Counted from the first letter of the stretch, positions 40,798 to 54,890 are shown. The stretch: 64,000 nt of DNA from Tubiluchus corallicola (GCA_030141605.1 JAQGDQ010000083.1:558001-622000); one strand, 5' to 3'. Notes: generated by a model not told the origin, from the letters alone. Numbers and translations: made by a program.

Positions 40798-41328
40798 AGG
40801 AAAACATTACGATTACCTCCAATCCTACCGCATTTTGAAGTAGGGTATAAAAGTATAAAATGTTTAGACCTATTATAATGCCAAAGCATTTCTGGTAATT
40901 AAGTAATGGGTTAAAAACATAATTAACGGCGGGCGAACCCAAGTAGTGATGACGTCACAAATGAACATAATTTGCAACAGCACAAACATTCCATGAGCGT
41001 GTCTGCGAAAGCCAAGATTGAAGTATAGTGGTATTGTGCAACATTTCGTGTGATATACATAAACCTCGGCAAAGTCTGAGTTTAAAATTAAAATTTCAAG
41101 TTTATCGCTGTGCTCACGCATAAAATGTTGAACGTGTGTACAACGTCGCAACTGAACTGAGAACTGAGAGTCAAAGCACCTGTTTTTGCGATCGAACGGG
41201 TATATTACCATTCTGATATAATAATACCTTCACGCAAGTCATTCTTGAAAAAATAGCATGTTCCCTTTCAATATTTTATAGGGCGGATTGCTTTGAACTA
41301 TACTATTAAGATCGGGTCCGGTTTTCTT
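40798..41328 (-). mobile_element. Kolobok-like MITE family D, copy 4, TTAA on both sides
   Basis: ttaa|aggaaaac ... gttttctt|ttaa; internal similarity to copies 1-3. Confidence 0.8.
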
Positions 41329-43339
41329 TTAACAAGAGAATCCGCAGGTGCCATTTTTAAACTCGTCGGAACGTCAATCTGCGTAACGAACCCACAACCT
41401 GTCGCATGGAAAGCGAGCACGATTTCCTGATCTTGGAAAGAATCCGGAAGAATTTATAATTTATAGGTGCAAAAACTGATTTAATGCTCAGTCGGTGGGT
41501 TGATACATTTGCCGCAGGTCAGTTTTTATGTAATCCTAGAGTCATATAGGGTAAAAATATGCTAATGGACTTAATCGTTCAGCAGATAAGGTAGCGCAGT
41601 CATCATGTGGTGCAGAAAGCGTAAATAATTCATGGCGTTATTTTGAATTTTGAATAAAAAAGGAGAATTAAAAATTAAATAGCGAAATTTAGTGTGCCAA
41701 AAATACATACAATGCAAGAAAAAACAAAACACACATACAATTTCAATTTAGAAATATGTTGACACTATAGACAAACAAAACAATTACTAATAAAACAAAT
41801 ATTATTAAATCTTCCTGTTAGTTATATTAGTTATTTAATGAAAAGTTTAATGATTAGTATTTAAAATAGTCATTCATCAGGCCTCATTTTCAATGACATG
41901 ATCAGTACTTAGTATGTTGTTCATCGTGTCTTGAAAACGCTTTTTCAACATAATCAATAAATGCCTTAATTACTTCTAAATCATTACTTCCCATCAAAAT
42001 TAATCAGCTTTGCTCATAAGGAAAAATTCTAGTATAATTACATTAGTGCGATTATGTAATTTTCCTCTAAGATCATAGTAATATGGGCATTTCATAATAA
42101 AGTGTAATTCGTCCTTCGATTTCATTTCTTAAACAATATGAGCATATACGATTCTCAGCTGAGATTTCTCTACGTTTAACGTACCTCCCTCTTTCAATAC
42201 ACAAAGTATGAGAGCTGATTCTCAGTTTTGCAAGCTTTATTATAGCATATTTGGAATAACCAGAAAGTATATACCAGCTTTCTAGTTGATATTGTTTTTT
42301 GAAGAGTCGACACGTTCGCAGTTTGTTTTGTCCATATAAATGTAAAAACGTCTAAAAATTTTTTTTCTCACTAAGAGTTAAAAAAGACCATTAATAGTAA
42401 CTTTTGTGTTCGAAAAATATCGCTATTTAATTTAAACAATTTTATGCGCGTTTAAAACATTAAAGCATACATCATTTGTTCTGTAAAATTGATTTAAGTG
42501 TGATGTTCGACATATACGACGCTCCATTGTACTTCTAACATCACTCTACGCAAAAAACACGAAGAATTATAAATGAACAAGTGAAATTAAAATGCCAGCA
42601 AAATTAAACTGCTAATGCTATTTAGCAAGCATTGCATCTGCTTTATTTCAATTATCAAATCATCATTAATATATATCATTATCTGCACTCGCTGGGCAGA
42701 GTCATTTCCGTCTTAGAGTTAAAACACCCATTCAATTCTTCATGAATTTCCTGTTATTGTATAATTTTCTAATAAACTACGTGGTGCGTCACTCAAATCA
42801 CACAACCAATGTAATGTTACGAATTATATATATATATATGTATATATGTGTAGAATAACGCTGAAAGCTTTTTGTTATTAGGCATTTTAATGTCTAGAGC
42901 TTAAAACGGTGCTTAACAACGTTGAATTTTTGACAAGCAGTTTTCGAAGTTGGGGTTGGACTGAGGCGAACGCGTGCCTAAATTATAGAGGTAAGAAAAT
43001 TGCGCCTTCAGTCACGGCAACAACGAGCCTACAATTATTGGCTGCCACTATTTGATACGCCTACACTTTCTAGACAAGGAACGTAAAAAACTTTCGATGG
43101 GTTCGACACGCTGCAGTGAGCCCCGCAGGTGAGACCATTGTTTGAAACACCGACATATTCTTCATAGGCAAGAGTACACAAAACGCTTTATTAGCAAGCA
43201 CGTAATAAGATATAAATTTTAATAACTTTACGAATTTCCAACATATTTAGTTAAAATTGAGACGAACATTCTTTTAAAAGCACCAAAAGTATCATTGTCT
43301 GAGAAAGTTTCTTTGAGAAAGAGCTAATTTTACCCAATA

Positions 43340-43672
43340 TTAACTGACTAACTTTAGAATGACTAGCAGGTTGAATGACTGACTGCCTAACTAACTCACA
43401 TATTATAAGCATCAAGCCAGCTCTATAACCTCATAGCAGCTCCCACTGACTTTATGAGAATTTGAATAGTTAACGTATTGACTAACTGACTTACTAACTC
43501 ACTGACTTAATTAGAATTTGAATTGATAACTCATTGAGTAACTGACTAATTTTAATCTGGTTAATGACTAAAAACTGTTTGTTTTCTTACTAATTAAATC
43601 AGTAAAAGACTGATTTATTGTTTAGTTAACTAAGCTGGCTGGCTTAGTAACGGACTGACTAACTAACTGATA
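43340..43672. repeat. Highly degenerate (ACTA/ACTG)n tract
   Basis: Recurrent taactgactaact / gactgactaactaactga. Confidence 0.6.
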
Positions 43673-44109
43673 CGATATTAAGTTAAGTAAAAATATTAAT
43701 CAGAAGCAAGAATGATTACGTCTGAAATACGCGTGAATATAAATGAGTTAAATAAAATGGATTAAAATATCTTAATAATATTATAAGGTAATTAAGAAAA
43801 CAAATTGCTATGACATTCCTTTATTAATTATGAGCAATAGAATGAGTAAAGTAAAGAGTAGACCTATTACAAGTTATACATTGTCAGTCACTGGCTCTTG
43901 TCTTGGAAAACTTTTCAATAGAACTGTTACAAAAGGTCTATAGTTAAACCATACTAGATGAGTCAGCTTAAGAGATCTACTTGAAAAAATCATTGCATGT
44001 TGTATCCAGGATTAAACATGCACTGACGTTTTATGTACTCACAGTTATACTGTTAGTTAATCAATTAATTAATTTACAACATTATTATTTTATGGGTGTT
44101 AGGCACCAT

Positions 44110-44696
44110 GATAGACGAGACTGCAGGAATGGAAAAGGAAGTGAATTTCAGGATTCAGTGTGATTGGAATAACTGGCGAAAAGTTTCGGGTGTGATATGC
44201 GATAAGAGAATACCGGTGAGACTTAAAGGTAAAGTCCACAAAGCAGTGGTCAGACCCGCTCTAATCTATGGGCTGGAAGCAGCACCTCTAAAGAAGACGG
44301 AAGAGAGGAAAATGGATGTGGTGGAGATGAGGATGTTGAGATGGATGGTGGGAATAACAAGAAGAGATGAAACTAGAAATAATATCAGAGGAACAGTGAA
44401 AGTAGTGGAAGCCTCGAAAAAGATACAAAAGGCAAGATTGCGATGCTATGGACACCTGAAAAGAAGAGTCGGTGAAGATCATGTGGGAAGGGAGGTCATG
44501 GAAATGGAAGTGCTGGGAAACAGAAGAAAAGGACGATCCAAGCGGAGATGGTTTGAATGTATTAATGGAGACCTTAGAGAGAAGAACATAAATGAAGAGA
44601 TGGTCAACAACAGGAATGCGTGGAGAAGACTCATTCACAACGGCGACCCCGCATAGGGAAAAGCTGGGAAGAAGAAGAAGAAGAAGAAGAAGAAGA
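44110..44696 (+). mobile_element. Young 5'-truncated RTE-clade LINE with (GAA)n tail and 9-bp target-site duplication
   Basis: Open frame EVNFRIQCDWNNWRKVSGVICDKRIPVRLKGKVHKAVVRPALIYG..EMRMLRWMVG..RLRCYGHLKRR..R.GR.KRRW..RNAWRRLI; (GAA)n at 44668-44696; aggcaccat at 44101-44109 and 44697-44705. Confidence 0.93.
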
Positions 44697-44705
44697 AGGC
44701 ACCAT

Positions 44706-45292
44706 TGAGCCTAAGGTACAAGTAGTTAAGGTTAAAATTTAAGTACTAATAGTTTATGGCTTAATATTACAGGCGAAGCCATGTGCCCTATGGTGTAACT
44801 TTTCCCAATACAACTCCACCATTTTTACTGGTGGCTCACATTTCCCAGGCTCTTCAACATTTTGGGAAGATGCACCATAAGTGAAAAATTTGTAAATTTT
44901 AATATTCCCAACTACGATGTTATTACAAGAAAGATAACAGGATTCTTTATTATATGGGCAGGCAGAAATACCTAATAATATAATTGATAAATTGTATGTT
45001 TACTCTGCATATCTTAATATAGTTATATGGACGAATTGGTACAAACTATGTTTTGCATTATGAAATCAAAATCTTTTACCATTTTAAAGGTGACTTTTAT
45101 TGGGTTTCATGCCTCTGTATGTTGTATTTTTATTGATCTGTCTTGTGCATGTATGTTTTGTGTCTGGGTTCGTATTTATGTATATATGTAAATACTTTAG
45201 TAATTGTATAGCATAGCTGAGTGTTTTTATACAACGCTATGACTTTTAAATGTATGAAATCAATTTAATATAAATAAGTAATAATAATAATG
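44706..45292 (+). mobile_element. Older CR1/L2-group LINE 3' remnant with (TAA)n tail
   Basis: Frameshifted translation VVKVK..ALWCNFSQ..VAH / LFNILGRCTISEKFVNFNIPNYDVITRKITGFF, T-rich UTR, aaataagtaataataataa tail. Confidence 0.5.
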
Positions 45293-45729
45293 CTATTATA
45301 GTTTTGATCTGCTTTTCAAATATATAGCTATATTGACTTTTTGGATAAATTGGCTTCAAGCTTTGGTGCCAAATAGTTCATTGTTATTTGTTGACAGCCA
45401 TTATATCTGCAAGGCTAGTTTGTTTTTATGTTAAATTATCATTAACGCAGCTGACACGTTTTGCCAACCAAAAAAATGGCGGACACTGGTCAAATCAGCG
45501 TGCGCATGGCAGGCAAAACAACGTAGCGTGTCCGGTCAAAGCTCTAGACATGGCAGTGAAGGTTTATGCAACGTGGTCACAGACTTTCATTCAATTACAC
45601 ACTCATATATTCGCCTCCCCCCTCCCACACACACACTCTTTCATCACTCACTTACGTACATATTCACATAATAGTGTAAACTGTATATTCGTTGATATGA
45701 GTCTTTGGCTTGAAATAAACTTGACTTAC

Positions 45730-46036
45730 TTTTCTGGCTTCTTTTCTTCTCTTCATTCTTTCTTATCATCTTTCCTTCTTTCTTCCTTTTCTTTTTTCTT
45801 TTTTACATCTTTTTCCTTTCTATCTTTCTCTTTCTTTTATTTGTTTGTTTGTTTCTTTCTTTCTTTATTTATTTATTTAGTTAATTATTTATTTATTTAT
45901 TCCTTCTTTCCTTTTTTCCTTTTTTATCTCTTTCCTTCTTTCTTTCTTTCCTTGTTTCTTTCGTTCTTTCTTTCTCTCTATCCTCTTTTATTTCTCTCTC
46001 CTCCTTTCATTCTTTCTTTCCCTTTTCTCCTTTCCT
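45730..46036. repeat. Polypyrimidine low-complexity tract (CTTT/ATTT)
   Basis: Directly visible. Confidence 0.9.
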
Positions 46037-46759
46037 ATCGCTGCCGCTCCTAGGCGCATCAAAAAGACTGATAACGGGATTTTACAATACTAAATTTACG
46101 ATGTGCTAAAAGTGTTCGTTGCCACAAAGTCGTTTTGCCACGCATTTTTAACAGACGATGTGTCACCTTATAATCTAAGCAAAATGTAACTTCCTCGATA
46201 CACACGCGTAAACTCTTGCTTATTGATCTGAACCTGACTGTCCTAAGGCAGATTTTCAGAATAAAACTACAAGACTCGGGAAACGTATGCTCTGCGTTAA
46301 TGAGTTTACGCCGTTTAATATAGCCACTTTCATTTCCCTAATAATATTTCAAGGCGCGTGATAATGCATTAACACTTTGTGAGCAAACACATGGTAAGAG
46401 TAGAATTATTGACTAACCTTTGTAAGTCGGTTTTAGCCTTAAATACATGCAAGAATATCTTCAGTTGGCCTGCACAAAGTGGCGCAATTTTAGAATGTTT
46501 CACATACCTTCCGATGGGTGACACGACTCTAGGCCTATGCCACAACGGTATGATGTTATGACAGCGTTCATTAAGATTTTGCTGTCCTCTTGAAATTCAT
46601 ACAGTTATTTTTATTTTTTTATTATTTTTTTATTTATTTATTTCCTGCCTGTATGAGGGAAGGACAACAGCATGGTGACCTTTGACTTCTGGTCAAGTGA
46701 TCAATGTCTGGGGGTGGGGCCGATTAGTGTCTCGATCAGTTCACAACTCCTCCAGATTT

Positions 46760-47105
46760 CTATTATTTATTTATTATTTATTATTCTTTTTTATTTATTT
46801 CGTAGTCTTCAAAGTGCAATGCACGAGTGGCAAGGCAGTTAAAAAGTGAAATAAAATAATAAAGAACTACTACAAAAACAGTGCAAATTTATTGATATAA
46901 GTAGAAGATTGCGGTAAAAAACACAAAGAACTAAAATAGCTGTTTACAAGTGTCTGCTAAAAAGTAAAAATTTGCTAAAATCAACATGACATAACCGTTT
47001 TCAAATAATTTCGGTTTCCAGCATTTACAGTTGGAGCATCATTCACATATGGTGGTAGTTTATTCCGTAAGCTTACAACTCTGTTGCTGAAGAAATGTTC
47101 AAAGC
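46760..47105 (-). mobile_element. CR1-clade LINE extreme 3' end with (AAAT/AAT)n tail
   Basis: Minus-strand translation EHFFSNRVVSLRNKLPPYVNDAPTVN (CR1 FFSNRVV..WN.LP...A.TV); tail at 46760-46800. Confidence 0.7.
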
Positions 47106-47172
47106 AATTAAGTAAAACACTTGAAATTTCTTTTCACACGAGTTTTAAAAGGCTGCGACGTATTAAATATTC

Positions 47173-47650
47173 AACAAGGGAGCCAAAATGCAAAATGGGG
47201 GCAGCCACTTTCGGTGGCTGCCCCGTGACGCAGATTTCTAGTTACGGTAACAATTTTTGGTGGTGGGTAGGTGGGCTAGTGAATTTGTGCAAGGCTGACT
47301 ACGGGCCGTGTGCGTTGGGAAAAATCCCGTCATGGGACAAAAACCGAAACTTGGAACTCAGGGTCAGAATTCCTCGAGAGCGTCAAACGACAGTGGCTTG
47401 TAGCAAATCAACTGAAATCCTATATTATTCGAATCGAATGATGTATAGGTTACACTGAGATCGGTTGACCCTTGACCCCACGAAGGGCAAAATAGGGGTC
47501 TGGGGAGGCAAATCCTTGCAGTTTCGAACTAGCTTGTTTACGATTTACATCAGATTCAAGACCTCGTGAGATGAACTGAATGGTATAAATTGACAGGTGA
47601 TTGGTTGACCTTTCACCCACGAGTTGCAATTTCATTGTGAAGCGCAGTTC
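47173..47650 (+). mobile_element. Possible Helentron/HINE-like element with a 5' GC hairpin
   Basis: Starts aacaagggagcc, perfect 11-bp stem at 47198-47224, internal ggttgacccttgacccca / ggttgacctttcaccca motifs; right boundary uncertain. Confidence 0.35.
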
Positions 47651-48182
47651 CTAGGCAATCAAACAATGTGAACGTCAATAAAATTAAAATTAGGACTACC
47701 AAACAAAGCTGATGTCAAAGTTTACTAATTCTGTAACTATTGCTTGCAAAATATGCCTTTTTCTGTCCACGTCAGAAACATTGTCAACTAATCTATGAAA
47801 TATTCGTAACTTTGAAGCTTACAACAACTTTCTCATGCTGTATGAAAGGACAGCATAAATAAAAATGCACTAACGTAGATTTAATAATTAAACAATAGTG
47901 GTCAGAGTCGCCACCAGTGGCTTCCTTGCTGAACTAACAAAGATCTTCAACGCTGCAAAATCAATTTTGTGTTTTTTACAGTTTGTCTCTAAGGGGGTTG
48001 ATCATGATCCTCAAAATTCTATTACATAAATCCAAATAGCCTATGCCAAAAATAGACTTCTTTCTTGTTTCCTACCAAAAGTGACGGCATTCTTAGCTAC
48101 ATTTACATTTAGCTTTTCTGATTTACATTTTTAGCTACATTTTCTTAGCTAAAATTTGCTCAATGCATGTTGCTTAATGTAA

Positions 48183-48573
<391 letters not shown>

Positions 48574-49639
48574 GGCTTGCTTGGTCATTTTCCTTAAGCT
48601 ACAATATTAATAGATCGGATTTCACTGGCATGCGTTTTAATGCAACGCAATCAATCAGGTGGGTAAGTAAGGGTATTACACTCAGCCTATAGTTGGCGCA
48701 GGTAATTACAGGTGTATTATAGACGACATTAGCTTTTACCTTAGCCTGTTCAACGCGCGCTGCGCTGAAATTAATTACATTTTGCCATTTTTGTTCAGCC
48801 GAATAATCTGGCTTTCTTCTAGGTAATTTTCTTCTTGGGAGATTAGTGCGCGTGTACTACATTGTTAAGTTGCATAAGGACAGGGCGATTTCAATAGTCT
48901 ATCTATCGTGTAACATACAAGGCTGAATTATATGCAATGTCTGCAGTATATGCATATCCTTTCAGGATATAGTGTCATGTTTGACTTTAGCCGTTATGTC
49001 AAGGTCAAATGTACAAGGTCAAACTCACAACTACTACTACTGGGTTCACACAGCAGGTCTCTTGTGGCTCTACTAAGACCATCAGAAAGTTACATTTGGA
49101 TCATTTCCTTGGAGGTAAAGCACGAAAACATTGTTACATAAATATTATTTAACAATGTCGAAAGAAGTACATTGTATAGATAAAAGCTTGAGATAGGGTC
49201 TCAATAAATACGTTTTTGGGCTAGTCGGAGATGTTACAGTTTTTAGGGTAGTACACCTCGACTAACCATTCAGAATTGTTTTCTATTACTGTGCAGCTGA
49301 TTACAATAGTTCATAATATAATGGTAAACATTTAACGCCTACGTGGTTACAATACTGCCTAGCCTCTTTCTTGTCATGCAAGAATCTACCCTAACATGTT
49401 TTGAGCGTGGTCCAGAAATGGTCCCCTCCCCAGTAATAAGGTACCATTTGGGAATGTCCATCAAAAACATAATCAACAGCTGTATAAGAAATCAAAAATT
49501 GCAATTAGAATTTGTCCCTAGTGAGATGGTACTGATATCTAGTGTGACACTTGGACTATATCATTCGACTGTGCGAGGATTAGCATTTAACACTTTTCTA
49601 AATCTCTTTCTGACTTTTTTGTTATAAGTCTATGACAGG

Positions 49640-50322
49640 ATTTACAGTAAGTTTAACACTACTTGAAACAATGGAACGTTATGGGTTTGCACTAGATTTA
49701 GCATTGCTTGAGACATTGCAACATCATGGGTTTACACTAAGTTTAACATATCTTGAGACATTGCAACATCATGGGTTTACACTAAGTTTAACATTACTTG
49801 AGACATTGCAACATCATGGGTTTACACTAAGTTTAACATTACTTGAGACATTGCAACATCATGGTTTACACTAAGCTTGATATTACTTGAGACATCACAA
49901 CATCAAGGGCTTACACTAAGTTTAAGATTATTTGAGACACTGCAACATCATGGTTTACACTAAGTTTAGCATTACATAGAACATTGCAACATCGTGGGTT
50001 TACACTAAGTTTAACATTACTTGAGACAGTACAACATCATGGATTTACACTAAGTTTAAGTTTATTTGAGACATTACAAAATCATGGGTTTACACTAAGT
50101 TTAGCATTACTTGAGACATTGCAACATCATGGATTTACACTAAGTTTAAGATTATTTGAGACATTACAACATTATGGGTCTACACTAAGTTTAACATTAC
50201 TTGAGACATTGCAACATCATGGATTTACACTAAGTTTAAGATTATTTGACACATTGCAACATCATGGTTTGACACTAAGTTTAACATTACTTGAGACTTT
50301 GCAACATCATGTCTTTACACTT
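49640..50322. repeat. 45-bp minisatellite, about 15 copies
   Basis: Unit tttacactaagtttaacattacttgagacattgcaacatcatggg; yields 15-aa LETLQHHGFTLSLTL pseudo-repeats broken by 44-bp units. Confidence 0.95.
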
Positions 50323-51199
50323 TAATCGCCTTTCAGTGTCTCAACTGAGATAGTTTTCTTGAGTCCAGTGAACTTCACACAGTATACTCAGTAAACCCTG
50401 CATTTAGTCCTAGATTCTGGCTTCCGAATTGTATAAAAAGGGCACCAAGAGACCTTAAAACTCAACTAGGACCTGCATTTACAACGTCTTAAGGTGAACA
50501 CGTTAATTTTAACGATGACTAAATATATAATGTTACTAACTATATCTAGTGTGATACAATTTTGCCAGTGGTACAGTTCGCCTATTGTATAGTTCGCCAT
50601 CAGTACAGTTGTTTGAACCTGGGTACACATTTTCTATCAGACTGCAGTAAAATCTCATCATTACTGTATCACGTTTCGTTTTGGCGTCTATGACCACAAA
50701 ACTGCTATTTGAGTCACATTTTGTTTTCTTAACCCTGCAGTTGTTGCGTGCTGCCTCCAAATTCTTTTGCAATAATTTACTTGTAATTTATGTGAGTTTT
50801 CACACAGAAAAAGTTCAAACTAAAACCGTTTATAACTTGTGAGTTATTAAAAATAACGATAGTTAATGCTTATATGGTGCAACGAGGTCACCCCCAAGGT
50901 TTCCAGTACTTTCCTTTGGGAAACATCTATCCCTTGGTGTGCGCGTCTGGTCCGTGTAAATTATCTTTCTTGAAGGAGGGAAAAGTTTGTTGATATTTTT
51001 AGCGCAGCCTTGGAGAAAAAATTCTAAGAGCCCGAGCAGGTTAGAAAATTTAGAGATTAGAAAAATCAGCAACACAACATTGTTCTGTCAAAAATTAGAC
51101 GCTTAGACCAATCAGGAATCAAATTGATTAGTCCACTCCCTTCTGTTTTATTACGTCAGTTATGTAGGTATTATTGAGTTTTAATTATAGCTACACTGT

Positions 51200-51291
51200 A
51201 AGGGAAACAGGAGAGAAGAGAAGAGGAATAACACGAGAGGGAAAAGTCAGAAAGAAGAGCGAGGGAGAACAGAGAAAGAGAGAGAGAGAGG

Positions 51292-51324
<33 letters not shown>

Positions 51325-51337
51325 AGAGACAGAGACT

Positions 51338-51386
<49 letters not shown>

Positions 51387-51494
51387 AGAAATAAAGACAG
51401 AGAGACAGAAAGAAAGAAAGAGACAGAAGAGACAAAGCGAAAGCGAAATAGAGAGGGCAAAGAGAGAAAGAATAACAAGAGAGCGGAGTGAGAA

Positions 51495-51533
<39 letters not shown>

Positions 51534-51660
51534 CAGAAAGAGAGACAGAAAGAGACAGAAAGCGAGAAAGCGAAACACAAAGCGGGAAAAGAGAGAAAGA
51601 AGAGCAAGAGAGCAGAGAGAGAGAAACACATTGAGGGAAAGAGAGAGAGAGAGAGGGGAT
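51200..51660. repeat. Polypurine (GA)n-rich tract, followed by a (TTTTG)-rich tract to about 51762
   Basis: Directly visible. Confidence 0.95.
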
Positions 51661-52430
51661 GGCTCACATTGTTATTTTATTTTATTTCGTTTTGTTTTGT
51701 TCTGCTTTGTTTTTTTTTGTTTTGTTTTCTTTTGCTTTGCTTTTTTGTTTTGTTTTTCTTTTGAAATAAATTTTGTACTCTAGTTGCCGCCTAGAACAGT
51801 GCGTGTTTCTACCCATGAACTAACAATGACGAACGTTGGCTGTGATTGTCTGGCTTGTCCGTATTTTTAAAGGCTAACAATGAAAAACTTTAAATTTTTT
51901 CACCATTACAAAGTGACATATTAGTTTATTATTCACCGTGTTAATTACCTTATAAACTGTGCTTAAAATATTTTCTAGTTCAAATTCCATCTAAAACAGC
52001 TTCAAGTTCGAATGCTGTTTTATAAACAAACCGCGAAGCGGAATGTCATTTACTTGCCTAATTAGCCTGTCTCTGCGGGCTTAATCTAATTGCTTGGAAA
52101 TGGGAAGCATAAATTTGTAAAACAAATTGAGCATTCGATGCATCAGCACCATAAAAAATTAATAGTAATTATCTATAATCAGGACAGGACGTGCAAGTTA
52201 AGTAAATAATGCATTTGTGGTTACTATTATAGAAAGGAGGGCAACCAACGTTCTTACGTAGCTTTGCTGTCTATAATAATGCAACGCGCTTTCTCATTAA
52301 ACTAAGTGCTGTTGCTAAATAATTAATCTTATCAGTTAAAGCTACTAGGTGATTGGGAAACGAAGCAACGATAACTTTGGTTAAGCTCAAGCATACAGCA
52401 GACATGACAACTGTAACAGACAACCACCTG

Positions 52431-52830
52431 CAGGGGCGTATTAACCAACAGGCTAACTAGGCTATAGCCTAGTGCACCAAAGTTTGAGGGGCGTCACATT
52501 TTACAAAAATCTTATTCTCCTCGGAAGATGTGTATACTTTCACATTCGTGTAAAAGGCACATTTTATAACACACCACAAGTAGTTACTGACTGCAGCTTT
52601 TATATAAGTGCTACATAACGAACAGGTGCAAGGTATTACACAACAAGCAGTTGAGCATCCTGTTTGAACATGACTGCTTTAATAATGACCTCATAGAAAC
52701 TAGCTTAATCGCGTTTCTAATGCACCACAAGTAATTGTTCAATCTTCTCAGTACATAAACAACCATAAATTCACAATGAGCAGGGCAGAACTATCAGCTT
52801 ATGGCGTCGTAAAGTCTTGATACGCCGCTG
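52431..52830. mobile_element. hAT-like MITE
   Basis: TIR caggggcgta / tacgccgctg; subterminal palindrome ctaggctatagcctag; 8-bp flanks accacctg and agcgcatg match at only 5 of 8 positions. Confidence 0.6.
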
Positions 52831-54113
52831 AGCGCATGTGATGGCTCAAACCGCTATTTCAAAGAGATTTTCTTTTCATCTTTTGAATCGTCAGATACAT
52901 TTACACGTGCCTTTTAACGTTAATATTCTCCGTAATGAATACTGACGTTGATTTCATTTTACTGAAACACGGTAATGAGATTCTATGTCAAACTTTCGCC
53001 AGATTTGAATAACAAACCTGCAAGCGTGATTGATCGAGACCACAGCGGCAAATTTCAAAAGACTATCCAGTTTGTGATTTTATAGACCGAAACAGCTAAT
53101 GCGCAAAATGCCAGGCGTTGCAAAGATGGAGTGGCGTTGAGATTGCCCAGTCCTAACTTAATTGATTGCAAACTGGCTTTCGTTTATGCGCACCAAGTAT
53201 GTAAAGCTTTTGCAGTGAAATTGGCGGCAAAATGTAGATTTGTTTTTAATTCTCGTTCACGCTGGACCAAAGTTTGATAACTTTTTCATCCTTTATAAAG
53301 ACGATCTGATTTCACCTGATTCGTAGTGTATAAAGCTCATTTCTTGGCTGACATTTAAACAGAATCAGAATTGTTTAAATTTTCTAGACTAAAAGAACAA
53401 AAAGCCAAAGTATGGAAACCGAAATTCTTTACATCCCATTTCTTTTACTGAATTTGGTTTCAGAAATGCAGTTTTGACCTGTGCAAATCAATAAACGATA
53501 AATTTAAATGCGTTAGATCATTTTTTTATAAAAATATCGACTCTGGTTACTAATGGTCTCAACATTGCTTTCTGTATCGTCTGCATGATCCATGGCAGCA
53601 ACTTGTTCAACCCATAAATTATTTATAATTGCTTTTCCCACGTTCGAAATTTATTACAACATTTATTTAATTATAGCAAGGCTGTAATGAATTAATACTT
53701 GAAATTTTGCCAAGCGAGAGATCACGGCAAGTTTATATTATAAAAGAGGTCCCAATCGAAAAAAAGGGTTAAGAATTGAAACAGTAAAGATTGTATTGTT
53801 TTGTTCAGCTTGTCTTCTTAACGTTACACGTTCAAACCCATATCAGCTCTGATTTCACAACTTTCACGAAATTTTTCTAATTTTTTTAGTAAGATCTCTC
53901 AGGATTAGAAGGTATAGAAGGTATACAAAACCTAGTCGAGTTCAAATCCGGTCCTATATTTTCGTGCTTTCTCATTTATCGATTACTGTCTGTTGATCGA
54001 CTGGCTGCTTCTGGCACAGTGGCAATACCATTGTTTTGTCATCCACGCACTTGCGGTGCCTCTATAAGTCACTATTTGATTCGGAACACTCCGTGCCATG
54101 ATCCAGCACCAAT

Positions 54114-54262
54114 GTGGATGATTCGTTTTCCAGACGGGCTTTTCTTAGAAAATATTTTTGACAGAATATTTTTTCCAGAAAAAAAATCACAGAAAACTTT
54201 TTGCCAGAAAAACCTACTTCCAGAACCGTCATTTCATAGAAAGTAAAATTCACAGAAAATGT
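54114..54262. repeat. Degenerate array of about 15-bp modules (..tttt.cagaa); possible single arm of a foldback element
   Basis: ttttccagac, tttcttagaa, ttttgacagaa, ttttccagaa, tttgccagaa, cttccagaa, tttcatagaa. Confidence 0.5.
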
Positions 54263-54610
54263 AATAAATCTTTAAAAGCGCAGTTAGATATTACGCAATA
54301 GAAACATGTAGTTTATTCTAAATACGTATTTAGAGTGATTAATATGGATCAATTGATCAAACATTGATTAATTCGTTAAGGTAAGAAAATCGATTTGTAA
54401 CATCGTGATGATTAGATAGCGAACAATGTTACATAAAGGTAGATCAGTACTGAGGCTTAAGTGTAAATTAGATATTAACAGCTATAGACTTATTGTTATT
54501 GTTATTGTTGCTGTAATTGACCAAAGTTGAAACAACTTTTACATTGTTGTGTCAGTTTGGATGAGACTTGCCAATGTGAGCCACTGAAGGAAAGAAATAG
54601 GGCAGAGAAA

Positions 54611-54890
54611 TGGCAGATACCTGAGTGGTTATGGTGCATGGCGACCCGGTAGTTAAGCAATGCCTTGCCTGGAAATTGATTAGTTGGATGACCACTTAGT
54701 AATTAGTGGGGAATACTTAATTTTATTTGTTTAGGGAGGATGTGCTTGCACCCGAGTGTGACTGTGACACCTCTACCGCATTTTATCTCTGAGAATTATC
54801 TTGATAATGAACTAGTGTCTGGTCCTGCCATAAGACAATGTTAGTAGACATCCCGCTGTTGACTTGCGGTGCATCAAAGACGTAAAAAAT
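54611..54890 (+). mobile_element. Putative SINE with a tRNA A-box-like start followed by a 5S rRNA-like segment
   Basis: ctgagtggttatggtgc then agttaagcaatgccttgcctggaaattgattagttggatgaccac, resembling the 5S internal control region AGTTAAGCAACGTCGGGCCCGGTTAGTACTTGGATGGGTGACCGC (recalled consensus). Confidence 0.4.

Noticed and set aside
44288-44638. 116-aa antisense ORF
   Set aside because: Shadow of the RTE coding strand.
45388-46053. 221-aa Phe/Leu/Ser-rich membrane-like ORF
   Set aside because: Mostly a polypyrimidine tract, with a non-ATG start.
49632-50325. Protein with 15-aa LETLQHHGFTLSLTL repeats
   Set aside because: 45-bp minisatellite; 44-bp units break the frame and no splice context is evident.
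51174-51667. RE-rich and LS-rich ORFs
   Set aside because: (GA)n low-complexity sequence.
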